A stretch of DNA of 64,000 bases from Lingula anatina (taxonomy: Eukaryota; Animalia; Brachiopoda). The DNA lies in contig CM120647.1 in the NCBI GenBank assembly GCA_051362555.1, forward strand, positions 7,812,001 through 7,876,000, given 5' to 3'. This document shows, piece after piece, positions 41,401 through 54,835 of the stretch. How positions within the stretch are numbered: position 1 is the stretch's first letter; every line of letters begins with the position of its first letter. The position numbers were made by a program, and so were the translations under genes. The notes under the pieces are model-generated. The model searched no databases. It had not been told where the DNA came from and saw only the letters and a program-made list of their open reading frames with translations.

Positions 41401-42818
41401 TTTCATGTCTACGGAAACAGAATAAGTGAATTGGACAACCATAACCGCTTTCAGTACATATTACCTACTCCATCCCATAGAACTGAAAACTTAACAAACA
41501 GATCCGTGAGTAAAGAATTTAAATCAAAGCTGTCTTTCTTAATAATTGTGGCAGTGGAATTTTACAGAAACGTTACGCACATAATAGACCACCGCAGCCT
41601 TTTTATCACTCGTAACTTGTCATTATGAATCCATTTGTGGTTTTGAACGTGTCACGTGGTACGGCTGTGCGTCCGTTTTAAAACCAAAAAAAAAAAGCAA
41701 ATGAACAGATTTTAATATATCTTTGTGTCAATTTGGTTATCTTAAAACATAAAAATGACTTTGACTTTGAAGAATGTCGTAGTAGAATGCAAAGCATTGC
41801 ATTTTCTGTCTTAGAAGTTTTTGCAATGCGTTGATCATAGGCCTAACACCATTGCTTAGACGTTGTACACGTACATTGTGATGTACGAGAAGGCATTTTT
41901 TTAGCTTTCTAATTTGCTGAACTGAATTTGAATTGCAACAGCACTTGTGTGGGCACCAGAGACACTAATACACAATTAAACTAATGTCAGTACAGATTTA
42001 TAACGCAAGGGGAGTTTGTATCTCTGTTAATGTAAATGCATTTGAAACAAGATGAAATCTTTAATAAAGTAACATGGAATTAAATAAAAGATAATAATAA
42101 ATATATAACACAACAATAATTTTCACCAAACACTTTATTATCTGTTATAGAAGTACTAACATTTCATAGACTAATGAGTCCAAAATATGTTTAATAATCT
42201 CGAGGTCACCCATGAACTCAAATTTTCATAGATTTGATAAATGAATTCTTGTGCAAAATTCATATTTATCCACAGTGTCACGAGGAGTTTCTTCATGGCA
42301 GTGCGCTTGGGATTGTACAGAAGTTAAACGCTAACAAAGTTTCTATGTGTCATTTTTATCGTTTGCAGTCATATGTGGTTTGGATGGTGTCAGGTGATGC
42401 GGCTTCCGTCCTTCTTTTAACCTAAAAAAGAACGAAAATATGATATTTGCTACAAAGTTGTAGAATATTCCAAAACAAAAATAAAAAAGCTGTGTATAGT
42501 ACACTGTCAGGTGCAGAATTCAACAAGCTCATTGTTTAGATATAAGAGAAGGCATTATCACCCTTCAAATTTGCTGGACAAAATTTGAATTGCAACTGCA
42601 CACGTCAATGATAAAAGCATTTTAATTTAAATGCACGTTTGGCATCTCATTCTGCTCCGATTTGTCACACATGGTGTAAGACAGAAGCCACTTAATGTGC
42701 GATACTCTAATACTTCGTTCCGCTTACCCAACTTGAACATAATTATACTTTGGCCTACATTTCCTCCACGTTTAACAAGCAATAATAAATTCATGTATAT
42801 AGCCATGTTTTTTTTTGC

Positions 42819-42886
<68 letters not shown>

Positions 42887-43310
42887 AGCAACAAAATGAA
42901 CGTGTCTCTAGTAATAATTTTCAAAATAACTCGTTCCTATTAGCAAGAGTGTAATTCAACTACGACATAAGCCGTGTAGTGAATCAATCAATATTTATAT
43001 ATTAATGTGTCAGGATTTTTTTATTACAGAAACAGCATATTACATATACAATAGATCATTAACTAATAAAATAATAAAGCTGTACATAAACACTTTAAGC
43101 GATACTAGTAGTGACAAAATTAATGTATTGAAAATAAGAATAATTAAAAAATGTCAGTATTTGATATACCCTCGAAATAAAAGAAAACACGCGTGTGCCA
43201 GAGAGAGTGTGTGTGTGTAAAAAAAAAGAGAGAGAAAAAGAGAGAGAGAAGGTAAGAGGGAGAGTGAGAAGCAAGTACCATTCTTTTAGTCTATTTTACT
43301 TCTCACGGTC

Positions 43311-43713
43311 TTAATACTGACCTTGGTGGTGTACCGGATGACATTTTTTGTGGGGGTCGCCTTGGAAGCCCTTCTTGCACTTACAGCGCCATCTAGGGCC
43401 ATTGCACGGTCCATTACCAGGGTGCGGGTCGTTGGAGTGTGCCCCCACGCAATGTGCGTTCTTGCCGCAATTATGTGCGCTGCCAGCTGGAAAGAGACCA
43501 ATCTATCTACAGAGACCAACCTAGAGAGATGTTAACCGACCTGTTGACTGCAAGAATTAGACAAATATGTATTTGATTGTAAATATGTCAGACGTAATGC
43601 TTAATTGTTTTACAATTTATCTGGCTCAAAAATAGAACTGGGCCCATTTAGAACACATACCGGTCCAAGTACATGTACTAACGGCAAAACATTAGATCTC
43701 GTGTTTGGTTAAT

Positions 43714-43755
<42 letters not shown>

Positions 43756-44777
43756 ACATGAGCAAAATAATGAATACTATTCTGAAAGCAAAAAGAGAGT
43801 CTAATGTCTTCCAGAAACCTTGTATTAAACGCCACAGTGAACAAGTAAACCACAAACATTCATGCTAAAACGTGTGGAATATGCCAATGGATTGTCAATG
43901 CTTTGATGGCAACAACGTTTAACAAAACGTATTTTATCCATCTATTTCGTATGATATACATGTACGAGATTGCATTATCATGTTTCAAATTTCATACACA
44001 GAATGCCAAACTTCAGCAACGCTTTGAGTATTTCACCTGATCTCAAGATCACATTTATAACAAAGGTAAAAAGTTCTAAATATACAATGGTCGAATGACG
44101 CACGGATTATTTGTCAGATATGTTTTAAATCAAAGGTATATGGCTTATAAAAGAATTATTCTTATTTGGCAAATAAAGGGAGCGCCAGTTTTGTGCAAGT
44201 CTACACCTTTATTGGAGTTCTCATCTTTAGTGGCTTTTTTTCATGATTTGTTCATACTAATTGCATAAGTCATAGGCCTGATAAATTTATGTTGTTCAGT
44301 TTACTGAACATTTTATAAATTATTATTATTATTATTATTATTCGGCATTACATTCATGCAAGCCTAAGTGTGTGTGTGTGTGTGTGTGTGTGAAAACCAG
44401 CTTATAAGCGAATACTACTCGGGCACCAAGAACACAGTAAAATAACCCTGCATAGAAACGGAACAGTGACGAATTCATGCAAGCTTAGATGTTTATATCT
44501 TTTGGCGATGGTATTTTGTATCACTCACTTCAGTTTCTCTTTTTTTTTTTTAAATTTACCACACCGATTTTTTAATATATTTGCTATTTTTTTACCTTAA
44601 AAGATTAATAATGCCAACAGATCAAAATGAGTTTATTTTTGACTGAATCCTACTATCATCAATTTCGTGAAGAAGATTATTACTAACTGCATATAAATAC
44701 TCTTCGCTGAGACAGTTGTAGTGCTTACCCACAAACAGCAAGCTCAGACACAAGGCAACGATCAAAAACGTCTTCAT
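43311..44777 (-). CDS. EGF-like His/Lys-rich secreted peptide B1: MKTFLIVALCLSLLFVAGSA-HNCGKNAHCVGAHSNDPHPGNGPCNGPRWRCKCKKGFQGDPHKKCHPVHHQG(QY*)
   Basis: exons 44777-44729 (G|GTAAGC) and 43486-43322 (CTTTCCAG| acceptor; G|GTCAGT donor, or read-through to TAA at 43311); TATAAA at 44866-44861; this frame is absent from the ORF track. Confidence 0.88.
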
Positions 44778-45224
44778 CTTTTCCCTGCAGATCTTCAACT
44801 CGTGATTTCTTCTCCTGTCAATACGGTCGGCTTATTAAGAAATCTTTGGGAGGACTTGAATTTATACCAGTGACCAGTTGACCTTATATACGAAAGGCGG
44901 TACGGGATCTGGTTGGGTAAATTTTGGACCTATTAAACTTGCAGTTAAAACGCATTATATTAAATTAACATCAGATGTGATTTTCCGCTCAACAAGTCTA
45001 TCTTTGATGTCATTGACCTATGTTTTTAACCTAATCAAAGATAACTATTGGCAATTGTTTTAAATTGAAACTCAAATACAAATACGTGTAAAGCATATCA
45101 TCATTCAAAATAGTTGAATATATATTTTTTTTTTGGGAGGGGAGGGGATAAGGGGTTCCTTTAACTCTCCAGATTTTTTTCACCAGCAGATTCATGCACA
45201 AAGTCTCAATTTTAGCAAAACAGT

Positions 45225-46381
45225 CCCAGCGGGCAAATTATGTTGTTTTAACGTTGAAACAACGTTGAACCATAACGTTGCTAAGACGTTGGATAAACGT
45301 CGGATTTGAAAGTTGGATCAACGTCAGATAACAACATTGTATCAACCCAAGTTGTTAGACAACATTCTTGCATGAAAAGACGTGAAAATGACCTAAAATG
45401 TCCACTCGTTAACTAAAGACACAAAACAAGTGTCACTTTTACTTTAAAACACTTTTTTATTATTTTGATAAAGTTAGATACAGCATTGATAAACAAAGTA
45501 TCACGTTTCCAATAATTAATATTTTAAATTACAATCCATGTCTTGCATCACGACGACCAAACAACAACGTTGAGTCAATGACCAAAATACAACGTTGAGT
45601 CAACGTCACATTATTACGTGGCTGGATCAACGTTGATTTTACGTTGAATTTAGGTAGATCAACGGCAATTCAACGTATCAAACTACAATTAAAATAATTA
45701 ATTGTATTTATGTAGGAAATGGTTTGTTTTTAGTGGTGGTAATAGCTTTGTTAATAATTCATCTACGCTTTGTTTATAGGAAGTAGTCTGGGTTTAGGTC
45801 TCGTGTCTGCACATTTTGATCTTAAGTAGTTGACCAAGGCAAGGTGATAACAGATGTCCAGGGTTAAAATTGTCTTAGCTGCTGTGTATCTTGGCACACA
45901 GTTAATTTTAAATGAGTTTTAGGAAACTACTTCTTGCGAGCTGCATCAGCGAGAAGTCATTCAGCCTTTTAGCTGCGATGATATGTACCCGCAATTTCAG
46001 CAGCTTCACAGTATTATGATTTCTTGCGTTTCTTTAATGTAATTTTACATTGGTTACCAGCCATCAACTTTGGTGATTTCAATATTTGGGGACGGCCAGT
46101 TTCTTGATACTTGGTGACTGTATTTTCTTCGGATATTATTCAGTTTTCCCAGCCACCAGTTTTGTTATCAAGTTTGGGCGACGACTGGGGAGATGTTATA
46201 TTATCTCCTCAGTTTTGTAACTACGTATTTTATTAGTTTCATCATTAATAAATGACAATTATCAGTCTTATGGACTGATCTTATTTACTTTGGAGCAAAA
46301 ACAGAGCTTCGTTGTGCTTGTTAACATTTGGCTACATAAACCTGTTTTGAACGTTGATCCAACGTCACTATGCCTGCTGGG
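45225..46381. mobile_element. non-autonomous DNA transposon, CACTA/EnSpm-like
   Basis: CCCAGCGGGCA...TGCCTGCTGGG termini, 3-bp TSD AGT, many subterminal AACGTT/CAACGT repeats, absent from the paralogous site near 55240. Confidence 0.75.
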
Positions 46382-47208
46382 AGTGACGTTGACAAAAACT
46401 TTCCAACTTAAACTTTGGGGTGTTAAAAACAACTGATCTAATGATAAACACAAGTTGTTAATGCCAACTTAATAACTTAAAAGCCTTAAAAGCCTGTCAT
46501 GCATGCTTAATAATGACACGCATAGAGCCCCGGGAAACCAAGCACAAAATTCGCTCTCTTATGGCCATTTTTACTATATATGTAGAATTACCCTTCACCC
46601 GCAACCAAAGCCAGAACCCCATTTCATTAATCAAAATGTTATCATCTGTCCCCTGAATTCATGGTTGCCACTGCACGAAATGGAAACGTCCATTACAAGA
46701 TGTGGTTGAACAGATGGAATGTAATTAAAACATGTGAACAACTCTTCACTGTTTATTGTTGCAAATTGTCAAAATTGATGCATTCATGCAAACCTCCCCG
46801 TCTGTCTGTCTGTCTGTATATCTGTTTGCTTTCCTTCGTGCCGATGTAACAGGAAGTGCATTCCTAAGAATATGAGGGTAACAGAAATTCTGCCCCCATT
46901 TAGTTATAATGATTAGGGTTAGCTTGACCTAAGTGGGTCAATATCTATAGGTTTACCAATGAATGGGTGAGGGACTCTCTATCACAAGGGACACTCTGTC
47001 ACTTTACAGATATTTCATATGGTCTGGAATGAGACATATTTGCAGTTTCTAACAGACAATGTCATGCTGCTATTTCACGATACATATATTGTAAACAGCT
47101 CCTATTTGTATAATAAATTCTTCAAGAGATTATTACAAAAAAAGAAACTTTTTAAGAAAAACAGGGACTTAGTTTGAATGTCAGAACGGATTCATTAACT
47201 GTTGCTTC

Positions 47209-47459
47209 AGCCTCGGTCACAACCGGCCGCACGGGTTCTTACGGGCTGTTTGCGTCCAAATTTTGCGCAGAATCTCACGTCCCACGCAAGGCCTTCGTAC
47301 GCAATTTCGAGTTCGCAGACAGCCCGAAAGCACGTACGGCAACGCAGACCTTCCTCTACGACCTCCCCTTCCTCTACGATCTCCACTCCCTCCGCAACCC
47401 CCCAAAATCGCAGGGGACGTACGTTCCTGAAATTCGTGCGTCCGGTTGTGACCGAGGCT
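47209..47459. mobile_element. GC-rich MITE (PIF/Harbinger-like)
   Basis: TIR AGCCTCGGTCACAACCGG(C/A)CGCACG at both ends; interrupts a fragment of the TTAA-MITE family. Confidence 0.8.
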
Positions 47460-47514
47460 TAAGTATGAGCTGTTTACCCCAGGAAAACCCACTTTTTGAC
47501 CAAAATGGACAGTG

Positions 47515-48678
47515 ATAATAATAATAATAATAATAATAAAGGTTTATTGTGTTCTTTGCAATATATAAGACATATATTGAATGTATATGTATAAACGTAT
47601 AAAGATGTAGTATTAGAATAGAGCTTTAAGATAAATTCTAAATTATAAAAACAATAATGAGGTTAAAAATGGTGATTCGTTGTTCTTTTCAAAAGCTAAA
47701 AGTTCATTGATAGACCTTGATCATTGACACGTATATAAACAGTATGGGAAAAAAGTGTTCCTATATCTTTTTGTCCGACATTTTGGTAAAACATATCTAT
47801 AAACATTCCTTAGGTCCTTTTCTATGACACGAGTGTTAGGTAAAAGATGGTTTAATCTATGTGTACACAGTTTTATCTCATTAAATAATTTTTTGCACAA
47901 GTCAGTACGCCCAGATTTCATGGTAGGTAATTCAGTGATGTCCATTGCTTCGTTGTAAGTAAGTTCAGGGTATATAATATGAAGAGCTCTTTTTTGGATG
48001 TGCTCTAAGGCTTTAGATTGCTGTGCGGTAATTCCAGCATGCCATTGCTGACAAACGTACTCAAGTGTTGGGCTGAGATTGCTTTTATAAATTTGTAAGA
48101 GGTCATATCTCGGCACCCCAGCGTGTTTGACCATGCATAAGAAATACAGTCTGGATGCAGCTTTTGAGAGAATTTTTTCTATTTGTAACTCCCATTTCAA
48201 ATTAGAACTGATATGAACTCCCAGCAGTTTGGCATGTGAAACTTGTTCAAATTTTATACCATCAATTATTAGGTTATCAGGTACAGTTGGGTTTTTACTG
48301 AAACAGATAAACAGTTCAACAGTTTTTTTTTAGGATTAATTAGCATGTTATTTTGTTTTGTCCATTCATATAGGATTGAGGCTGCTATTGGAAGTTTAGA
48401 TTGCGTAGGTTTGGTACCTTGTTCTATTTCCCTTGGAGATGGTTGGTGAACTAGCTGTCTCATAAACTGTAGTGTCATCCACATACTTTACTGCTGGTAA
48501 AAGCATTCCATGTCATTTATCATTGTAATGAAAAGGAGAGGTCCTAATTTTGTACCCTGGGGCACGCCCCCATGAATATGGCACCATTGTGACATTACTG
48601 ATCCACACTTGATCCGTTGTTGTCTATTAAGTAAAAAGGCATGGACCCATCTTAGTAATACTGTAGGTACTCCATAGC
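47515..48678 (-). mobile_element. 5'-truncated, frameshifted non-LTR retrotransposon (CR1/L2-type RT C-terminus)
   Basis: minus-strand translation LLRWVHAFLLNRQQRIK..GGVPQGTKLGPLLF..IND, KYVDDTT, KAASRLYFL..LEY....WH..LEHIQKRALHII..RTKRYRNTFFPY; AATAAA followed by a (TTA)n tail at 47515-47540. Confidence 0.93.
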
Positions 48679-49743
48679 TGCCCCATGAGAGGGCTTATCA
48701 TTTTAATAAAGTATTATTTGAACGCCTGTACATCGGCATTTAGAAATATAATAACTTAAGTGTAAGCCGTTGCATCCATCTTTTTGTTATATAATAAATA
48801 TAATTATTATTATTATTATTAGAAAAGAGCTCATTAATTGGTGTATTTATATTACCCAACAATCCTTTTACTAAAAACTGAACATAAAGCCCCTAACTCC
48901 TAGTAGCTGGGTACTATCCTTGGCAAGGACCATCTTATATTTTGCATATTTTATAATATTTATGTTTATTCATTTTTTCTTTTTCTCTTTTATTTCATGT
49001 ATATTTTTCTCATTTTTACATTCTTATTCATAACCAAATGCCCCTGTGCTATAATAACAATAATCTCTTTTGATATACAACAATAAAATGTAAACAGTGA
49101 AATGAAATCTTTTTATTAAAAAATAAGGAATAGAATAAATAAAGCAAACACCCTTTTCGTTTTAGAGAATATTTTATTACTTTATTATTATTTTATTACG
49201 AATTATAGTATAGGATGTGAATTAATACTTGGCATAACACAATGTGTCCAAATGGTTATTGCAGTGGGATTTTAAGGACATTTTAAGCCAATAGATCACT
49301 ATCATCTTTTTATAGTCCGCCTTCTGTCCCTATGAAGCTTTGGTATCTGTGGTTAAGGCCGTGTCACATTAAAATGGCTTTCCTTCCTTTTTTATTCTGA
49401 AAAATAAAACGGAATGATACATTTTAATTTTACATGTATAATCTTAATTTTAATTCGATTATCTTAGAATATATTTTAACTGTGAAGAATGTCGTTGAAT
49501 CACTAACTATTTACTAGGGTAACAGTGGCGGTCCATTTTCTACATTGATGTGGAAATGATTGGGTATTGGACTGTACGGAAGGGGCAACGACAGTTGGTT
49601 TGTCACGCAAAACAAACTGAATGGGAGGGCACTTTTTAGGATAAAGTTAGAGACCAATATCATAGAATATTTCAGTTGCGCAGTCAAGACTTAATTGGGA
49701 TAAATGTTTGATGTTAGTTTTGATTTTCGTGTGAGTTTACTCC

Positions 49744-51036
49744 CTAAGTAATTTTACCATCAGGCATCTGAAAACATTCGTAGTACGGGTCACCATAATA
49801 GTTTGGCAGGCACAAACATTCCCACATTGGCAGTTTACAGGAGCCGTCATATCGAACCTGAAAGTTCGGTTCAAACCTCACGCATACGGCGTTTTTGCCA
49901 CAGAAAGGTGGCTTTGCGTCGGCTGCTGAAAATGAAAAAGATAAAATAGTGAGTCTCTCCCTGTATTATTTGAAAGAGTGGCTAGATATTAATCTAAGAG
50001 ACTAACTGATCCGCGTCGCATTTATACTTTCAGTAAAAAGAAAGATTTTTGTTACTATAACAAACGACTGATGAATATCGTCAGTCACGAGAGAATGGAT
50101 CTCGAAATGGACACTAGACCACCTGTGGCACTCACAGCGTTCATTCCGAGAGGCATTTTCTCATGACTGATGACATTTATCAGTCATAAATGAAGTCAGT
50201 AAATAAGCAACTAGACAGAAAACAGTCATGAACGACTGAAAAAATAAGTAAGTTGCACGAACATTAATTAATTTATTTAACATTAATTAAATAGTGCTAA
50301 AGCAGCAGGGTGGCGCATTCATTCAAATGGGTCACTTGTCGGACTGGATTTATTTACTTTTGCTAACAAACCCTTCATTTGTATATACGCACACAAGTTA
50401 TTGTAAACATTATTGTAGTTGGCGACAATTTGTGCAGGGCGACAAATTGTGCCGACCATGCCTACACAGTCTGTCGCCACCTAAGGACGACAATTTGTGT
50501 CGGCGACAATTTGTGCCATCAATGACTACACAATTTGTCGCCACCGAAAGACGACAATTTGTGCCGGCGACAAATTGTGCCGGCGACAATTTAAAGGGAT
50601 GGCAACCCTTTGTATGAGATTCATATTTCACAATACATACATTGTAAAACCTAACAGAAATACGATATTGTCATTTTCTGCAATTTGTGCTTGCCATCGG
50701 ACAACGTGGATCCTAATAGACAGCTATCCACCGTTATATTATTTATAGAGATTATTACACAGAACAAACAGAGAATAAAAAGAACTTTGGTTTGCCATTG
50801 GTAAGCATGGGAAAACCGTCTTTATCCCCAGGGAAATCCGTATTATGCCACTTTTCTCGCCAAAATGAGCAGTTGATATCATTTTCTTACATAATGTCTT
50901 ACATAAAAAGAAATAAATTTATAAAAAGCAACATTTCCATTTTGATATCAAGCAATTTGTTGTTATACTTGCACATGTAAATCTTACCCACAAACAGCAA
51001 GCTAAGACACAAGGCAACAATAAAAAATGTCTTCAT
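49744..51036 (-). CDS. EGF-like Cys-rich secreted peptide A2 (76 aa): MKTFFIVALCLSLLFVAADA-KPPFCGKNAVCVRFEPNFQVRYDGSCKLPMWECLCLPNYYGDPYYECFQMPDGKIT*
   Basis: exons 51036-50988 (G|GTAAGA) and 49925-49744; the donor used in A1/A4 reads TT here, giving read-through to TAG; terminal-exon homolog starts at 49396; TATAAATA at 51139-51132. Confidence 0.88.
50066..50186. repeat. ~120-bp imperfect palindrome in intron 1 of A2
   Basis: GACTGATGAATATCGTCAGTCACGAGAGAATG..CTCGAAATG versus CATTCCGAG..CATTTTCTCATGACTGATGACATTTATCAGTC. Confidence 0.75.
50420..50592. repeat. array of a ~15-bp motif GGCGACAA(T/A)TTGTGC in both orientations
   Basis: about nine copies; probably subterminal repeats of a non-autonomous transposon. 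Confidence 0.8.
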
Positions 51037-51433
51037 CTTTCCATGCAGTTTTTCAAACCGTTATTTCTTCCCCTGGCAGTGCAAACTTAAACCTGATTTG
51101 GCTTATTTGAGAAAATTTCAGAGGGAACTTGTATTTATACCAACTAATACGGTATAATTTTATAGGGGATAATGACCTTTGACAGTCGAAAAGTAATCGG
51201 AATGGACTAATTTCAAGTCCATTATCAAGGTGCGTCAGCACACAGTTAAAAAAGCATCAAGCCGTGGTGCTCCAAAGTTGGGCATGTCTTTAAAATTGTC
51301 ATGGTGTTGACATATGCAAAAGGTTCGTCAGGGGTTGGTAAATGTGACTCTTTCCACTTCAATTCATTGCATTGGTCTGGCTAAATAATGACAAATACGT
51401 CGTCTTGTATTCAGATAAGGTCACAATAAAGGT

Positions 51434-51465
<32 letters not shown>

Positions 51466-53145
51466 TTAAACGTATTGCTTATTTCACTGGGACGATTTGT
51501 GTTGGAACAAATGACATTTTCCCCTTAATTGGATAAAAAAGTGAATGTCAAAGGAAACAGAATAAGTGAGTTGAACAACCATAACCGCTTTCAGTATACA
51601 TGTATTATCTACTCCATCCCATAAAACTGAAAACTTCACAAACACATTTTTGTGTATAGAATTTGAATCAAAGCTGTCTTTCTCAATGATTGTGGCAGTG
51701 GGATTTTACAGAAACGTAACGCACATAATAGACCACCGCAGCCTTTTCATCACTCGTAACTTGCCATTATGAAACCATTTGTGGTTTTTAACGTGTCACG
51801 TGGTACGGCTGTACGTCCGTCTCAAAACGAAAAATAAAAGCGAGTGGGTAGATTTTAATATATTTTTGTGTCAATTTGTTTATCCTAACACACACAAGAT
51901 ACTTGGACTGTGAAGAAAGTCGTGATACAATGCAAATTGCTACATTTTTTCGTCTTGGAAGTTTTTGCTATGCGTTGGGCATAGGCCTAACACCAACGCT
52001 TTACACGTACATTGTAATGTACGAGAAGGCATTTTATTACCTTTGTAATTAATTTTGCTGAACAGAATTTGAATTGCAACAGCACGTGTGTGGGCACCAG
52101 AGACAGTAATACACAATTTAACTGATGTTAGCGCAGATTTATAACGCAAGGGCATTTTGCATCTCTGTTGATGTACATACATTTGAAACAACATGAAACT
52201 TTAAGAAAGTAATATGGAATTCAATAAAAGATAACAATAAATATATAACACAATAATTTTCACTAAACACTTTATTATCTGTTATAGAATTACTAGCATT
52301 TCGTAGACTAATGGATCCAAAACAAAGCCGTAGACAACAACAACAATATGTTTAATAATCTCGAGGTCCCCATTTTCATAGATTTCATAGAGGTCACCAA
52401 ATTTCCATAGATTTAATAAATGAATTCTTGTGCAAAATTTGTATTCATCCACATTGTCATGAAGATTTTCTTTATGGCAACAGCAGTGCGCGTGGGATTG
52501 TACAGAAATTAAACGTTTCTTTGTGTCATTTTTATCGTTTGCAGTTTTATGTGGTTTGGATCTTGTCAGGTGATACTGCTTCCGTCCTTCTTTTAACCTA
52601 AAAAAGAAACAAAATGAGATTCTTGCTACAAAGTTGCAGAATATTCCAAAACAAAAACGAAAAAAGATGTGTCTAGCACAATGTCAGGTGGAAACGTTTC
52701 GTATTCAAAAAGCTAATTATTTAGAAATATAAGAAGGCATTATCACCCTTCCCAATTTGCTGGACAAAATTTGAATTGCAACTGCACACGTCCACGTGAA
52801 AGCAGTGTAATTAAGATGCAAGTTTAGCATCACATTCTGCTCCGACTTGTCACACATGGTGTAAGACAGAAACCACTTAATGCGCAACAGTCTAATACTT
52901 CGTTCCGCTTACCCAACTTGAACATAATTAAACCTTGGTCAACATTTTGTCCAAGGTTTTACAGCCAATAGTTAATCCAATACAATAGTTAATTAATTAA
53001 TAAAATAATTGAGCTGTACATAAACACTATTAGCGATACTAGTAGTGACAAAATTAATATATTGAGAGAAACAGTAAAATAAGAATAATGAAAAAAATGT
53101 CAGTACTTGATACACCCTTGAAACAAAAGAAAGCGTGCGTGCGCA

Positions 53146-53196
<51 letters not shown>

Positions 53197-53319
53197 AGAA
53201 AGAGAGAGAGACGGTAAGAGGGAGAGTGAGAAGCAAGTACCATTCTTTTAGTCTATTTTACTTCGCACAGATAAGGCTTTGCTGAGATAAATGTTAGATA
53301 CTAATTCTGAATACAGACC

Positions 53320-54310
53320 TTAACGGTGTACCGGATGACATTTTTTGTGCGGGTCGCCTTGGAAGCCCTTCTTGCATTTACAGCGCCATCTAGGGCCATT
53401 GCACGGTCCATTACCAGGGTGCGGGTCGTTGGAGTGTGCCCCCACGCAGTGTGCGTTCCTGCCGCAATTATGTGCACTGCCAGCTGGAAAGAGACCGACT
53501 TACCTACAGAGACCAACCTAGAGAGATGTTAACCGATCTGTTGACTGCATAAACAAGACAAACGTGTATTTAATTGTTAGTATGTCAGACGTACATGTAA
53601 TGCTTAATTGTTTTACAATTTATATCTGGCGCAAAAATAGAACTGGGTCCATTTAGAACGCATACCGGTGCAGGTTGTAACGGCAAAACATTAGAACTTG
53701 TGTTCAGTTAATAAGTGTGTGTGTGTGAAAACATGAGCAAAAGAATGAATACTATTCTGACAACAAAAAGAGAGTGTAATGTCTTCCAGAAACCCTGTAT
53801 AAAACGCCACAGCGAACAAGTAAACCTCCGTATTGAATTCCTCAAACATTCATGCTTAATGTGTGGAATATGCCAATGGATTGCCAATGCTTTGATAGCA
53901 ACAACGTTTAACAGAACGTATTTCAGCTATCTTTTTCGTGTGATATATACATACGAGATTGCATTATCATGTTTCAAATTTCATATAGAGAACGCCAAAC
54001 TTCAGCAACGCTTTGCGTATTTCACCTGATCTCATGATCACATATATAACAAAGTCAAAAAGTTCTAAATATACACAAGTCGAACGATGCACGAATTATT
54101 TGTCGATTATGTTTTAAATTGAAGGTAGATGGCTTATGAAAGATTGATTCTTATTTGACAGGGATAAAGGGAGCGCCAGTTTTTTGCAAGTCTACACCTT
54201 TATTGGAGCTCTCATCTTTAGTAGCTTTTTTCATGATTTTGGTTATACTAATTGCATAAGACATAGACCTGATAAATTTATGTTGAACAGTCTACTGAAC
54301 ATTTTATAAT

Positions 54311-54358
<48 letters not shown>

Positions 54359-54382
54359 GTCAATCCATTCATGTAAGCCTAA

Positions 54383-54427
<45 letters not shown>

Positions 54428-54835
54428 CGCGCGTGTGTGTGTGAACAACAGCTTAGGAGCGAATACTACTCGGGTACCCAAAACACAGTGAGATGAAACC
54501 TGCACCGAATCGGAACAGTGGCGAATTCAAGCTTAGAATTTTAATATATTTTGGAGATTTTTTTTCACTTGCTTCAGTTTCTTTTTTTTTTTTCTTTTTT
54601 TTTTTGTCATAACACACCACACCATTCTTTAAATATATTTGCTATTTTTTAACCTTAAAAGATTAATAATGCCAACAGATCAAAATGAGTTTATTTTTGA
54701 CTGAATCCTACTATCATCAATTTCGTGAAGAAGATTATTACTAATTGCATATAAGTACTCTTCGCTGAGACAGTTGTAATGCTTACCCACAAACAACAAA
54801 CTCAGACACAAGGCAATAATCAAAAAGGTCTTCAT
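53320..54835 (-). CDS. EGF-like His/Lys-rich secreted peptide B2 (70 aa): MKTFLIIALCLSLLFVAGSA-HNCGRNAHCVGAHSNDPHPGNGPCNGPRWRCKCKKGFQGDPHKKCHPVHR*
   Basis: exons 54835-54787 (G|GTAAGC) and 53483-53320 (stop TAA inside the exon); TATAAA at 54925-54920; differences from B1 in the core are mostly synonymous. Confidence 0.9.

Noticed and set aside
43286-43535. ORF-track proteins 43286-43519(-) and 43323-43535(+), and their twins at 53301-53532
   Set aside because: They are wrong-frame or antisense readings of the real B-type exon, whose frame is set by the phase-1 splice from the signal exon
47174-47515. Three overlapping GC-rich ORFs
   Set aside because: They lie across a 250-bp MITE and are open only because of its GC content
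50420-50592. CRISPR-like short repeat array
   Set aside because: Repeats occur in both orientations with irregular or no spacers, there are no cas genes, and the context is eukaryotic
51940-52194. ORF with a similar copy at 59772-60119
   Set aside because: The similarity comes from the segmental duplication; the frame is broken in the copies near 40.3 kb and 41.9 kb
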